Shown here: one piece after another, positions 24,030 through 34,811 of the stretch | Position numbering within the stretch: position 1 is the first letter of the stretch | Layout: each line of letters starts with the position of its first letter | NCBI GenBank assembly: GCA_965113315.1 | Contig: OZ220379.1 | Length of the DNA: 64,000 nucleotides | Strand: one strand, 5' to 3' | Source of the DNA: Podarcis vaucheri | Lineage: Eukaryota | Program-made: the position numbers and the translations under genes | Notes under the pieces: model-generated | Told to the model about the DNA's origin: nothing | The model's database searches: none | What the model saw: the letters and a program-made list of their open reading frames with translations, nothing else

Positions 24030-24377
24030 GGGCCTCCCTCCCTGTTTGTGGAATGCTTTCCCCATGTTAGCATGCCTGGAAACATCACTGTCTGTTTTTA
24101 GGTGCCAGGCAAATACATTCTTAGTTACCCAGGCTTATGTGGTTGTTTTACTTGGGAGGGTAGTCAGATAAGTTAATGGCCTTTGTTGGGCTCATACTTT
24201 AAGTGGGGTGGGTAGAACTCATTATTTAAAAAAATATTGCTGAATTAGCATCTTAGATTTTGCTTGTTGGTCTGGTTTTAAAGTCTTTGTTGTTTTATTT
24301 GTGCTGTGTAAATCGCCTGAGGCACTTGAGTGCAAAAAGTACAACTAAAATAATCGTAATTGGTTAATAGTTATTAT
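24030..24377 (+). mobile_element. Old, decayed L2 3' fragment
   Basis: TGTGGAATGCTTTCCC...TTTAGGTGCCAGGCAAATACATTC...GTAAATCGCCTGAG resembles L2 ORF2 end and 3' UTR; its tail is the target site of the young L2. Confidence 0.5.
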
Positions 24378-24388
24378 TAGTAGTAGTA

Positions 24389-25630
24389 GACCCATTCCAG
24401 TCCGGCTTCCGCGCTGGTCATGGGACCGAGACGGCTCTGGTCGCCCTAACAGATGATCTCCGCAGGCAGCTGGATCGAGGCGGGTCGGGGCTGCTGATTC
24501 TTCTAGATCTGTCAGCAGCCTTTGACATGGTCGATCACGAACTCCTGGACCACCGCCTTGCCGACGTGGGGATCCAGGGCACAGTCCTTCAATGGCTGCG
24601 CTCGTTTCTCTCTGGTCGGGGACAGAGGGTGGCGCTTGGGGGGGAATTGTCATCACGCCACTCCTTGGTGTGTGGAGTGCCTCAGGGTGCAATTCTCTCC
24701 CCGATTCTTTTTAACATCTTTATGCGCCCCCTCGCCCAGCTTGTCCGGAGTTTTGGGCTGGGTTGCCATCAGTATGCCGATGACACCCAACTCTGTCTGT
24801 TGATGGATGGCCATCCTGACTCGGCCCCAGATACACTGACCAGATGTCTGGAAGCTGTGGCTGGATGGTTACGTGGGAGCCGGTTGAAGTTAAATCCTTC
24901 GAAGACGGAGGTCCTCTGGCTGGGGCGGGACGATATGGGATTGAGGGGGCAACTCCCATCTCTTGCGGGGGTGCAATTAGTGCCAGCACCGGCCGTTAAG
25001 AGTTTGGGTGTAATCTTCGATACCTCCCTCTCTATGGAGGCGCAGATTACAGCTATAACAAAGGCGGCATTTTTTCATCTCCGCCAAGCTAAGCAGTTGG
25101 CCCCTTATCTCTCTCGTCCTGACCTAGCCACTGTGATCCATGCGACGGTCACCTCCAGACTGGATTATTGTAACTCGCTCTACGTGGGGCTGCCCTTGAG
25201 ACTGACCCAGAAACTCCAGCGGGTGCAGAATGCCGCGGCGAGACTCCTTATGGGGTCTTCGCTGCGAGAGCACATTCATCCAGTATTATACCAGCTGCAC
25301 TGGCTCCCGGTGGAGTACAGGATCAGGTTTAAGGTGCTGGTTTTAACCTTTAAAGCCCTATACGGCCTAGGACCCTTGTACCTACGGGACCGCCTCTCCT
25401 GGTATGTCCCACAGAGAAACCTACGGTCAGCAAATAATAACATCCTCAAGGTCCCAGGCCTCAGAGAGGTTAGGCTGGCCTCAACTAGAGCCAGGGCCTT
25501 CTCGGCTGCGGCTCCAACCTGGTGGAATGCTCTGTCACAAGAGACTAGGGCCCTGCGGGACCTGACATCTTTCCGCAGGGCCTGCAAGACAGAGTTGTTC
25601 CGCCAGGCCTTTGGTCAGGGCGCAGCCTGA
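24389..25630 (+). CDS. L2 ORF2 remnant (reverse transcriptase domain and C-terminus; no endonuclease, no native start)
   Basis: In frame from DPFQSGFR (24389) through LDLSAAFD, GVPQGAILSP, QYADDTQL, LNPSKTE, RLDYCNSL, LHWLPV to TGA at 25630; track ORF 24527-25630. Confidence 0.9.
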   Translation, partial: DPFQSGFRAGHGTETALVALTDDLRRQLDRGGSGLLILLDLSAAFDMVDHELLDHRLADVGIQGTVLQWLRSFLSGRGQRVALGGELSSRHSLVCGVPQGAILSPILFNIFMRPLAQLVRSFGLGCHQYADDTQLCLLMDGHPDSAPDTLTRCLEAVAGWLRGSRLKLNPSKTEVLWLGRDDMGLRGQLPSLAGVQLVPAPAVKSLGVIFDTSLSMEAQITAITKAAFFHLRQAKQLAPYLSRPDLATVIHATVTSRLDYCNSLYVGLPLRLTQKLQRVQNAAARLLMGSSLREHIHPVLYQLHWLPVEYRIRFKVLVLTFKALYGLGPLYLRDRLSWYVPQRNLRSANNNILKVPGLREVRLASTRARAFSAAAPTWWNALSQETRALRDLTSFRRACKTELFRQAFGQGAA

Positions 25631-25803
25631 CCCCCTCCTCTGGCAACCTGCACAAAATCTTGCTTAATCGGTTGCCATCAATTTGATTTTAACTAATTTT
25701 ATAATGAAATATTTTTAGAATGTATGATTATTTGATTGTTTATTTGATTGTTGTTAGCCGCCCTGAGCCCGGCTTCGGCTGGGGAGGGCGGGATATAAAT
25801 AAA

Positions 25804-25835
<32 letters not shown>
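24389..25835 (+). mobile_element. Young 5'-truncated L2-clade LINE
   Basis: Uninterrupted RT frame, CpG-rich, 3' stem-loop, (TTA)n tail; TAGTAGTAGTAG on both sides (24378-24389 and 25836-25847). Confidence 0.95.
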
Positions 25836-25837
<2 letters not shown>

Positions 25838-27817
25838 GTAGTAGTAGTGATGTTTCCAATCCCTTGAGCATGGTTAAAGGATCAGCTGTGAAATTGAACA
25901 GATCATTTCCTGTCCCTGGCACAGATTACACCTGGCCTCCTTCTCTAGGCTTGAATCAGCACTGGTTTAACCATGGTTAACGCAAATCAGGACACACTGT
26001 TAACAGTTTGAAATTTCAAAGCCTGGCTTAGCGCTGGCCATCAGTTGAGACAATATCAACAAAGCTTAACAAAGGTGCATTCCCAGAATGGAGCTGGACT
26101 GCAGGGAGGAAGGAGCTGAGCCTGCAAGCTGTTCCCAATCCCTTAACCATGGTTAAAGGATTGTGATAATTACATTCACAGTAGCTGATATTACAGACAA
26201 GGGTAAAGAATGCATTATAAAGTGGGAAATGTGGGAGCTTTTACTGAACACTGATTTTTAAGAGAGGGCACATTATCCATTTATCACGTAGGTTTAAGGA
26301 GAATTTAAGCATATGAAACAAATTTTTAAAAACTTCAAGAACTCTCTTAAATCATATCACAGGCATGCAAAATTTGCACAGTCAGAATTAGAACTCGATC
26401 TTCAGATTTAGGGAAACTCATTTGGTGAGTTACTGGTTTTTATCAGTAAGCTGAAAATGATGATGTTTCATCACAGACTACCCTGGGTATTCACGGAGCA
26501 TTTTAAAACAGAAGAAGACAATATGAAACATAATGCACAATAAACAAGAACATTCAAAATAATTCTCATAAAATACATAAAAGATATAAATAGCAGCATA
26601 CTGACTTCAAAATGACTTTTACCTATCAGCCTTTAAAAACCTGACAAGAATGGCAAGCTTTTACCTTTTTTATCTGGCCAGAGAATCAACTTTAGCTTTA
26701 GCTTTTTTATTTTTGTAGTTGATGGCATCAATAGCACTTGACGCAACTGTATATGTACTGGTCTGTTAAATTGTGTAATGCTGCGTTTATCACAAGATAG
26801 ATGGATAAGTAAATAGGCTTTGCCTTGTGCTCGATTGGGATTTTTCTCTCAGACACACATTTTCCCATCATCAACTGAGAATTAATAAACAAGGCGGGCA
26901 AATTCATCTTCAACAGAATAATTGACTGGAGGAGCCAGTATTCAAAAACCATATCACAATTTTTATTTTAAAAATGAAATCCTCCCCCCCCCTTTCCACC
27001 TTTCTCTCTGACCTTCCTGTGCCCCACTTCACCAGGTCTCCGTATCTCTTGGAATGCAATGATTCAAGAAGAAAGAGACAAGCAGCCTTCTATAAATCAG
27101 AAGGCCGTCCTATTTATCCAGAGCCCTGGTTTTTCCAGCTCAGTAGTCTGCTGATTCTGATGACAGTGCCAGGCTCTTCTTTATCAGTTAATCATCAGCA
27201 CTGCATACTGGAATGCTCGTAATTTGGATTTTTTTTTTCTCTTTTTCATTGTGTCTAAACAGAGATGATAGAGGGTGGGGAAAAGCACATTGACCAAAGT
27301 GCTCAAGAATTATTAAAATGTCCACTAGACAGTCTTAAGGTTTTGCACTTTGGGTGGCAACGTGCTGCTAGTCCCTGCATTCTGCTTATAGCTCTAAACA
27401 GAACAGGTCAAGATGTCATAAATACAAAGTGAGGAACTGCCTTGCTGAGTCTTTTCTTTAAAAAACCCCTATGAAGATTTTGATCATTTGCATTGCCAAA
27501 ATTACTCTGGGCAATGATACAGGATGCTCATGGGTTTAGCCAAAATTCAGAAACCTTGATTTTTTATTTATTTATTTTTTAAGGAAAACATTCATTTGAC
27601 TTCATTAAAGCTTGTGTGTAGCCTTTTTGTGTGTGTCGAAGTTAATACAGCCCATGCATAGAGTACTAGTCTTTGAGAGGCGAGAACATATTATATTTAA
27701 ATTTTATAATAATTTTATATATTTTAAATTATAAAAATTATAAATGTTATAGTGTATAAATTTTATGAAATAGTTTAAAGAAGCAGAAATATTTGCATGA
27801 CAATAAATGAAAACCAG

Positions 27818-28189
27818 GAGTGACGAGGGTGGTGCTGTGGTGTAAACCTCTGAGCCTTGGGCTTGCCGATCCGAAGGTCAAAGGTTCGAATCCCCATGAT
27901 GGGGTGAGCTCCCATTGTTCGGTCCCAGCTCCTGCCAACCTAGCAGTTCGAAAGCACGTCAAAGTGCAAGTAGATAAATAGGTACCACTCCAGTGGGAAG
28001 GTAAATGGCATTTCCATGTGCTGCTCTGGTTTCACCAGAAGCGGCTTAGTCATGCTGGCCACATGACCTGGAAAAACTGTCTGCAGGCAAACGTCAGCTC
28101 CCTTGGCCAGTAAAGCGAGATGAGCACCACAACCCCAGAGTCATTCGCGACTGGACTTAACTGTCAGGGGTCCTTTACCTTTTTTAAAA
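27818..28189 (+). mobile_element. Sauria (Squam1) SINE, full length
   Basis: Perfect B-box GGTTCGAATCC; 13-bp TSD AAATGAAAACCAG at 27805-27817 and 28190-28202. Confidence 0.93.
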
Positions 28190-28782
28190 AAATGAAAACC
28201 AGATGTTTTAACACCAATTACTAATAGATCATGAGGTTACAGTGTAGGCTGCAACTTCTCACCAGTAAATATTTAGTAGATCATGCAAAACCATGTCAGC
28301 AGGGGTAAAACCAGTTCCTCAGAACAGAAATGTTGAAGAATTCTTAAGGAAATGGGAGCAGAAATTGCCAATGTTCTCTTATACATCCAGTGCATGGAAT
28401 TGGAATCACCCCAGTGAATACAATAGGTGTTCACCATTGTTGTTGCATTGATTCTGCAAGCAATATGCAATTGATTACATTTCCTCTCATTTGCATTGCA
28501 TTTCCTTTGCTTGAAATGAATGGAGTGGACTCATGGAATGACAACATAACTTGCATAATTGCACAAGTTATGCAGTTTTGCTACAGTGGACAGTAGAATG
28601 AATAGCATAGTATTGGATGGAAGGCAAACTGCAGTGGAATGGAAACAGTGCAGAATGTGACAAATACCGGGCAGAACAGAAAAGTAGGCCTTATTGCATC
28701 CCTACTTCAGAAGAAGTCACTCCTGCACCTCCTTCGACTGCTTCTGCCATGATTTACATGTCCTGACCTAAAAAAATGAATC

Positions 28783-29154
28783 TTCTTCTTCTTCTTCTTC
28801 TTCTTCTTCTTCTTCTTCTTCTTCTTCTTCTTCTTCTTCTTCTTTGCCGGTGGCTTGTAGCTGAGTAAGATTGTCTTCCATGAATACAATCTTAACAGTG
28901 AGTCTGTAAGTGACTGTGGAGGCTAATTCTGGATCCATATGTTCTTCCACAGTGGAGGCATAGGTTTCCAGGTGGGAGTTGATCACAGTGAGGGTTTGCC
29001 AAGCGTGCCTTCCTCTTAGCACGTTTCTCCCTTTCATCCTGAATTTGAGCGTCATCAAAGCCCATGATACCTTTGGTAAAGGCTGTTCTCCAATTGGAGT
29101 GCTCACATGGCCAGTGTTTCCCAGTTGTCTGTGTTTATACTACATTTTTTAGAC
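28783..29154 (-). mobile_element. RTE-clade LINE 3' end with (GAA)n tail
   Basis: Minus frames give NWETLA...KRAKRKARLANP...LCLHCGRTYGSRISLHSHLQTH; (TTC)n at 28783-28842; possible TSD TGAATC (28777, 29155). Confidence 0.85.
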
Positions 29155-30169
29155 TGAATCCTAGGATGCTGTTGTCCACTGAGAATGGAGGTACACAGTG
29201 CAGGTTGTCCTCTTCCAGAACCATATTAAATGCTGCATTCTAGCATTGGGGCCTGTTCTTCTAATTTACAGGAAAATGAACTGAAGTTGAGTTCTTCCTT
29301 TTGAATTCAGAATATGGTCCCTGGGTGTTTTTCTCTGTTTCATTAGATTTTCCTGAACAATAATCTAAATGTAATCATCTTACCCTTAAGTATATTTAAT
29401 AGGTTTATGGTAGATTTTCCTGAATGATAAATCTAGAATGTAATAATCTTAATGATAAGTATTGTTAATGGGTTTATGGACTGGCGGAGGGGGGGGCGGA
29501 ATACTGATACACCAAAGCATAGTTGGTCATAACAGAGTGGTTGGTGTGATTTATTAAATAATGATACTTAAAATATTTATAAATGTGTTATTGATTTGAT
29601 GTGTGCATATACTTATAATGTACTAGCACTGAAACACAGTAATCAATCAACTCTTTGAAAATTCATTAATCTCCTAGAAGTAAGGCAGAAACCAAAAGGC
29701 AGGTATATTTATAGCAATGACTACTAAAAGATAAAAAAGCTATTCTATGTAGGAGTTTTGAAATTTCATGCAGATGCTATCAAATATCCTTAAATGCAAT
29801 ATGCTGCTGGCATAATGGCAAACATCATGCATTGATCTGACCGTTAGCAGAAGACATTCTACTGCATTGTTACAAAGACGCATTTATTGGACCAGCAACT
29901 AGATCTTTCAAATGTGTGAGTGCCTGCTGGGGGCGGCACACCAAACTATTTTAGACAGGCAATCTTGAAACGTTCTTTACAGTACCAGTGGTCTCAATCC
30001 AACACAGACTTAAGTGCACTTAATTCTATGTTGGATTGTGGCCAGTCTTTCTGGGGATCTGGAGGACCTTCAATCTTCAAGTTGAGGAGCACTGATATAT
30101 TCCGTATCCCTTTAATTTAATTTTAAATCACTTCTATTTCACTCTACCTCCCCAAAGAGATCAGTGTAG

Positions 30170-30470
30170 CAAACAAATTTTTAAAACCCAGTAAAATAGA
30201 ACAGACAATATAAACAGTAGCAGACAACAGCAGACAATATATGTAGGAAGGCTCCAAAGCCTGATTAAAAAGAAAACTTCTAACTTCCCCTCTAAATGTA
30301 GACAGTGAAGGAACCTTATGAATCTCCCAGGGGAAGAAGTTTCAGAGGCAGGAGCCCCCACTGAATAGACAACAAGAGGGGATGAGAAGATTTCAGTTTA
30401 TCACACTGCGTTATATGGAGAAGGGTGGTCTTTCCAGTAACTTGGTCTCAAGTCATTTAGGGCTTTCAAG
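30170..30470 (-). mobile_element. Old L2 3' remnant
   Basis: Decayed motifs (GGGGAAGAAGTTTCAGAGGCAGGAGCCCCCACTGAA, GTCATTTAGGGCTTT) resembling the reverse strand of L2 ends. Confidence 0.45.
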
Positions 30471-31512
30471 TGCAGGAAATTCACTTGGGGAAGTATTTCC
30501 AAGCATTGCAGTTTTCACAGTGCATTGCTTACTACAGGAATACCCCTAAACTATTTTGAAAACCCTATTGTCAGATGTGAAATTATGTGAGAGGCACTTC
30601 CTATAGCTTTCCTAAATGTAGCCGTGTTTTATCCGTGCTTCCTTGATTTGTGAAGGTTACAAGACGGTGGCTGTGCTTACAACTTCTTGCTGTCCCAAAA
30701 TTAGGGGTTGTCCCTGGTGTGCTAAAATTTCCCAAAGCTACGTGTTCATCAGTTCTCACAAGTAAGGGAGTGTGCTGCCTTTATTGTATGAAACAAGCCT
30801 AAATGTACCAGTGCTTCAGTCCCCTCCTGAAAGCTAGATTCCCACAAAAGGAAGAATTACAAATTTCCACTGGCACTACTACTTTTGATGTGTGGCAGCT
30901 GTGCGAGTCAGAACTGCCTAAAGCTGATTGTAATAAAGGATTGCCACAGTTTCTGGCAATTTAATGTTAGCACTAAGAATTTGAGAGTCACTGTTTGAAC
31001 ATTACATTGGTAACTTTTGTATCCTTTTATATTACATTCATGTTAGTGGAGTCCTTCTAAAATGCAAACCCTATATAGAAACCTATGAAGAACAACATTG
31101 TCTAAAGGTATTAAAGGGAACTACCAAGGCTTTGGGAAATTATTTGAGTACAATTGACTAAGAAAGAATTGGAAAGGTATAGGGGGAATACAGACGGGTA
31201 CACTTTGAACAAGTATTCTCAGCTGAGAATAAAAGTGTTGCCTTTTAGGTTCACAGATACAATTTGGCTGAGTTTTTTTTATTTCAACTTGAAAGCAAAG
31301 TAATGTAAGCCTGAGGCTGAGATATTTTTTGCTGATGCCATCTCAAGAGAAAGCTGGGGTTTCCTATGGTTTATTGAGATGAATGGAGGATAACCACCAG
31401 ACTCCTTGAACGTGCCTTCAAGAAGCATGAATGTCCATTATACCAGAAATAGAATTGCCACCTCGGTTCTAAAATCTAGGCCTTTTCCAGCTAATTAGGC
31501 ACCAGGCTGGTA

Positions 31513-31775
31513 CAGTGGTGCCTCGCAAGACGAAATTAATTCGTTCTGCGGGTTTTTTCGTCTTGCGAATTTTTCGTCTTGCGAAGCACAGTCAAGTCGC
31601 AACTGCACCTCTTCAAGTGGTTTTAAGAAAAAGGAAACAAACTTGCAAGACGTTTTCATCTTGCGAAGCAAGCCCATAGGGAAATTCGTCTTGCGCCGCA
31701 ACTCAAAAAATGAAAAACTCTTTCGTCTTGCGAGTTTTTCGTCTTCCGAGGCATTCGTCTTGCGAGGTACCACTG
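31513..31775. mobile_element. pogo/Tigger-type MITE, family B
   Basis: TIR CAGTGGT(G/A)CCTCGCAAGACGAA, TA TSD, multiple internal CGTCTTGCGA repeats. Confidence 0.9.
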
Positions 31776-32398
31776 TATTGCAGAATTTGAGCTTAAGAAC
31801 TGAAACTGGAGCAAAGGCTGGAATCCTTGACAATTCCAACTTTCAGATTTGTGGTCTTCAAGATTGTGGTGTTGTCAAGTCTTTGTAGGCAGCATTTCTC
31901 TCTCCTTTGATCTTAGTACTGTGGTCCTATAGTGTTAAGATTGGAGATAAGCCTCTCCTTGCTTTTAAAAGGCAACAGCAGAGGCTTATTTCCCATCTTA
32001 GAACCCTGGGTATACAACACTAAGATGGAAATAAGCCTATGTCTGCTCCCAGCTTGAACTTTAAATTATTTGTGGTCATGATGCCGGGTGATTGACAGGA
32101 GGTTCAAAAATGCCCCCCGGAAAAAATGGCCAACAGAGGATGATTCAGTTTGGGGTCAAACCCTAGGGCTGAAAAATGTCCCCCACCCCTGCCTTATAAT
32201 ATGGGTTAATAAGGATATGGGCAAGGTGAAATGGAGACCTATCAGGGACATTCATGGATGCAGATAACTTGGGTTTGGGGCATATAGGAAAGAGGGCAAG
32301 GTTTAAGAAATGAGGGAGATGGAGAAAAAAGCAAAGAATAAAATGACAATGAGAAAGGACAGAAGAAGTGATGGTTTTCATGTGATTTAAAGCAAGTA

Positions 32399-32497
32399 CA
32401 GTGGTACCTCGGGTTAAGAATTTAATTTGTTCTGGAGGTCCGTTCTAATCTGAAACTGTTCTTAACCTGAGACACCACTTTAGTAAATGGAGTCTCC

Positions 32498-32530
<33 letters not shown>

Positions 32531-32577
32531 ACCACCACCGCGCGATTTCTGTTCTCATCCTGAAGCAAAGTTGTTAA
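32399..32577. mobile_element. pogo/Tigger-type MITE, family A, right end missing; contains (CTG)n
   Basis: TA-CAGTGGTACCTCGGGTTAAG start, colinear with the 9083 copy until ~32577. Confidence 0.85.
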
Positions 32578-32746
32578 TTCCATGGGATTGTGCTTAACTT
32601 AAACAACCATAGCTTTATCTGTTTCCTTTGCAATGACATCAAACTCGACGCTGAAAGCAAATCCAAACCATATTCACAGGGCACGTGACTTGGTTAGAGG
32701 CATCTAGGGCAGCTTGAATGGATCCTGGCCAGGCTAGTGCTGTGAC

Positions 32747-33006
32747 GAAGAAGAAGAGGAGGAGGAGGAGTTTGGACTTGATATCCTGCCTTTCACTCCC
32801 CTTAAGGAGTCTCAAAGCAGCTAACAATCTCCTTTCCCTTCCTCCCCCACAACACACACTCTGTGAGGTGATTGGGGCTGAGAGACTTCAGAGAAGTGTG
32901 ACTAGCCCAAGATCACCCAGCAGCTGCATGTGGAGGAGCGGGGAAGCAAACCCGGTTCACCAGATTACAAGTCTACCGCTCTTAACCATTACACCACACT
33001 GGCTCT
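32747..33006 (-). mobile_element. Squam3 SINE
   Basis: Reverse complement of 1601-1851 with GAA/GAG tail. Confidence 0.88.
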
Positions 33007-33075
33007 CAAAAAATAATAATCATTACATCATATTGTCTCTGTAAAATATGGTAAATCATAAAAAAGCTTTTAATA

Positions 33076-33157
33076 CCAATCCTATATATGATTACTTGCA
33101 AGTAAGTCCTACTGTATTCACTGGAGCCTACTTTCAGGGAGGTGCGCCTAGGATTGC
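33076..33157. mobile_element. Short palindromic MITE-like element (CAATCCTA...TAGGATTG)
   Basis: Inverted termini CAATCCTA / TAGGATTG; related relics at ~4937-5015, 29989-30044 and ~44817-44880. Confidence 0.5.
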
Positions 33158-33947
33158 TGATATGGACCCTGATGCTTTGAGCAGTACCTGAACGAAGGAG
33201 CACCAGAGCAGTTTCAAGAGAGAGAAAAAACAGGTGGTCTGAAATCCCCGTCTCTCGAAAATGCCTTTTCCGATTTACTTCAAATAGTTTTCTGAAAAAG
33301 TTCTCAATTGCCTAGAGATCACCTGTGGGAACTCTTAGGTGGAAAAGAGCTAACTTTCACGGGGCCTTACAAATCGAAACTGTCCAAGTAACTTAAGTGC
33401 TGATTGTCTGTCAAAGGCTCATTTGTTTAGTAGTCATCATTCACTTTACAGTTTTGCCTCTTGCCAGGGATTAGTGCTGCAGTTATGCTTGCACAATGTA
33501 GTCGCCGAAAACTCACAGGAAAGGCTCTGGGTGGAACTTGGAGGCGTGTGAACAGGCCTGGGGCCCAGCCTACCACGTTAAGAATTTGCATTTAAACTTG
33601 TGTTCTTGGTATTTAATCTTTTTGCTTAGGTTAGGTTTAGCGGAAAACAGTAGGCTGTTGAGGAAATTAACAGCCCTTTTACTTTTGGCTGAGACAGTTT
33701 CTAGCTCTCTGCTGGCTAGTCTAAACAGAGGGCAAAACCTGTTAGGGAGCAGAGCACACCCCTGTTGGCAAAGGCTGGACAGAGCAAACGTGTTTTCTTT
33801 CTCACCTGCAGATTTTTTTCTTTGAAAATAAATTGCAGGAGAAGAAAAGAAGCACTGGGTGAAATTAGACTTTTATTTATTTGCAGGCAAGCTCTGTGAC
33901 TAAATGCCAGAAAAGGAAGCTGGGTGGGTAAGGTAGGAGGTATGGTG

Positions 33948-34228
33948 TAATAATAATATTTATAATAATAATATGCCCCCCTTCATCTGACTAGTTGCCC
34001 CAGCCACTCTGGGCAGCTTCCAGCAAATTAAAACATCAAACTTCTCTGTACAGGGCTACCTTCATATGTCTTCCAAAGTCAGATAGTTGTTTATCTCCTT
34101 GATATATGAAGGGAAGGTGCCTCTGCCTGGTTCCCTGTAACCTCACTTCTTGCAATGAGGGAACCACCAGAAGGTCCTCAAAGCTAGATCTCCATGTCTG
34201 GCTGGATGATGGGGGTGGAGATGGTCTT
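33948..34228 (-). mobile_element. L2 LINE 3' fragment
   Basis: Same family as 6816-7320. Confidence 0.8.
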
Positions 34229-34811
34229 TTACCCTTGTGCTTAGCTCACACCTGAACTTCAGAGGTGGCTGTTGGGCAAGAGAAGTTCCTATTTGAGTGG
34301 TTGCCCAGATTTCTGCTATGTGGTTCCCCTGCAACTCCCCCCCCCTTATTTGTTTAAATTCATGCTTGCTTCATCTTGAATATGCCTTCTGCTGCTCTTC
34401 CCTTTCTACCCACTGCACCTGCATTAATTGTGACAAGCAAAATAGACTTCGTTAAATACGAGAGTTACCACCCCAGTAGACTCACCCCAGGGAAGTCAGA
34501 AAACATGATCACCCTCATCCCAAATGGACAGCATGGGTGGGGGGAATCCTTTCTGGTCTCCAAAGGGTGACAAGCATATGCTTGGGCTGTTTCTGGCCAG
34601 GGGTTGGGGGGAGAACACAATGCTGCCTTTGCCTCAGCTGAACTTGAGATGTACAGCTTTGACTTTTTATAGGCTGGTGAGGTCTCATTCTTGCTATCCA
34701 TACTTAGTTGGATGGAGGGAGTATATGTTGAGAAGGTATGACCTGTGAGTATTTAAAAACAACAGCACTGTTTCTTCTAGAGATTGGAAGGGGAAATGCA
34801 TACTGGATATA

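Noticed and set aside
24345-25587. Overlapping alternative-frame and antisense ORFs in the L2
   Set aside because: By-products of the GC-rich L2 coding sequence.
29921-29938. CTCF-like TGCCTGCTGGGGGCGGCA
   Set aside because: Mismatch at the highly conserved AG of the core; weak match.
31513-31775. Regularly spaced short repeats resembling a CRISPR array (also 35125-35245)
   Set aside because: Eukaryotic DNA; the repeats lie inside TIR- and TA-bounded MITEs, and there are no cas genes.
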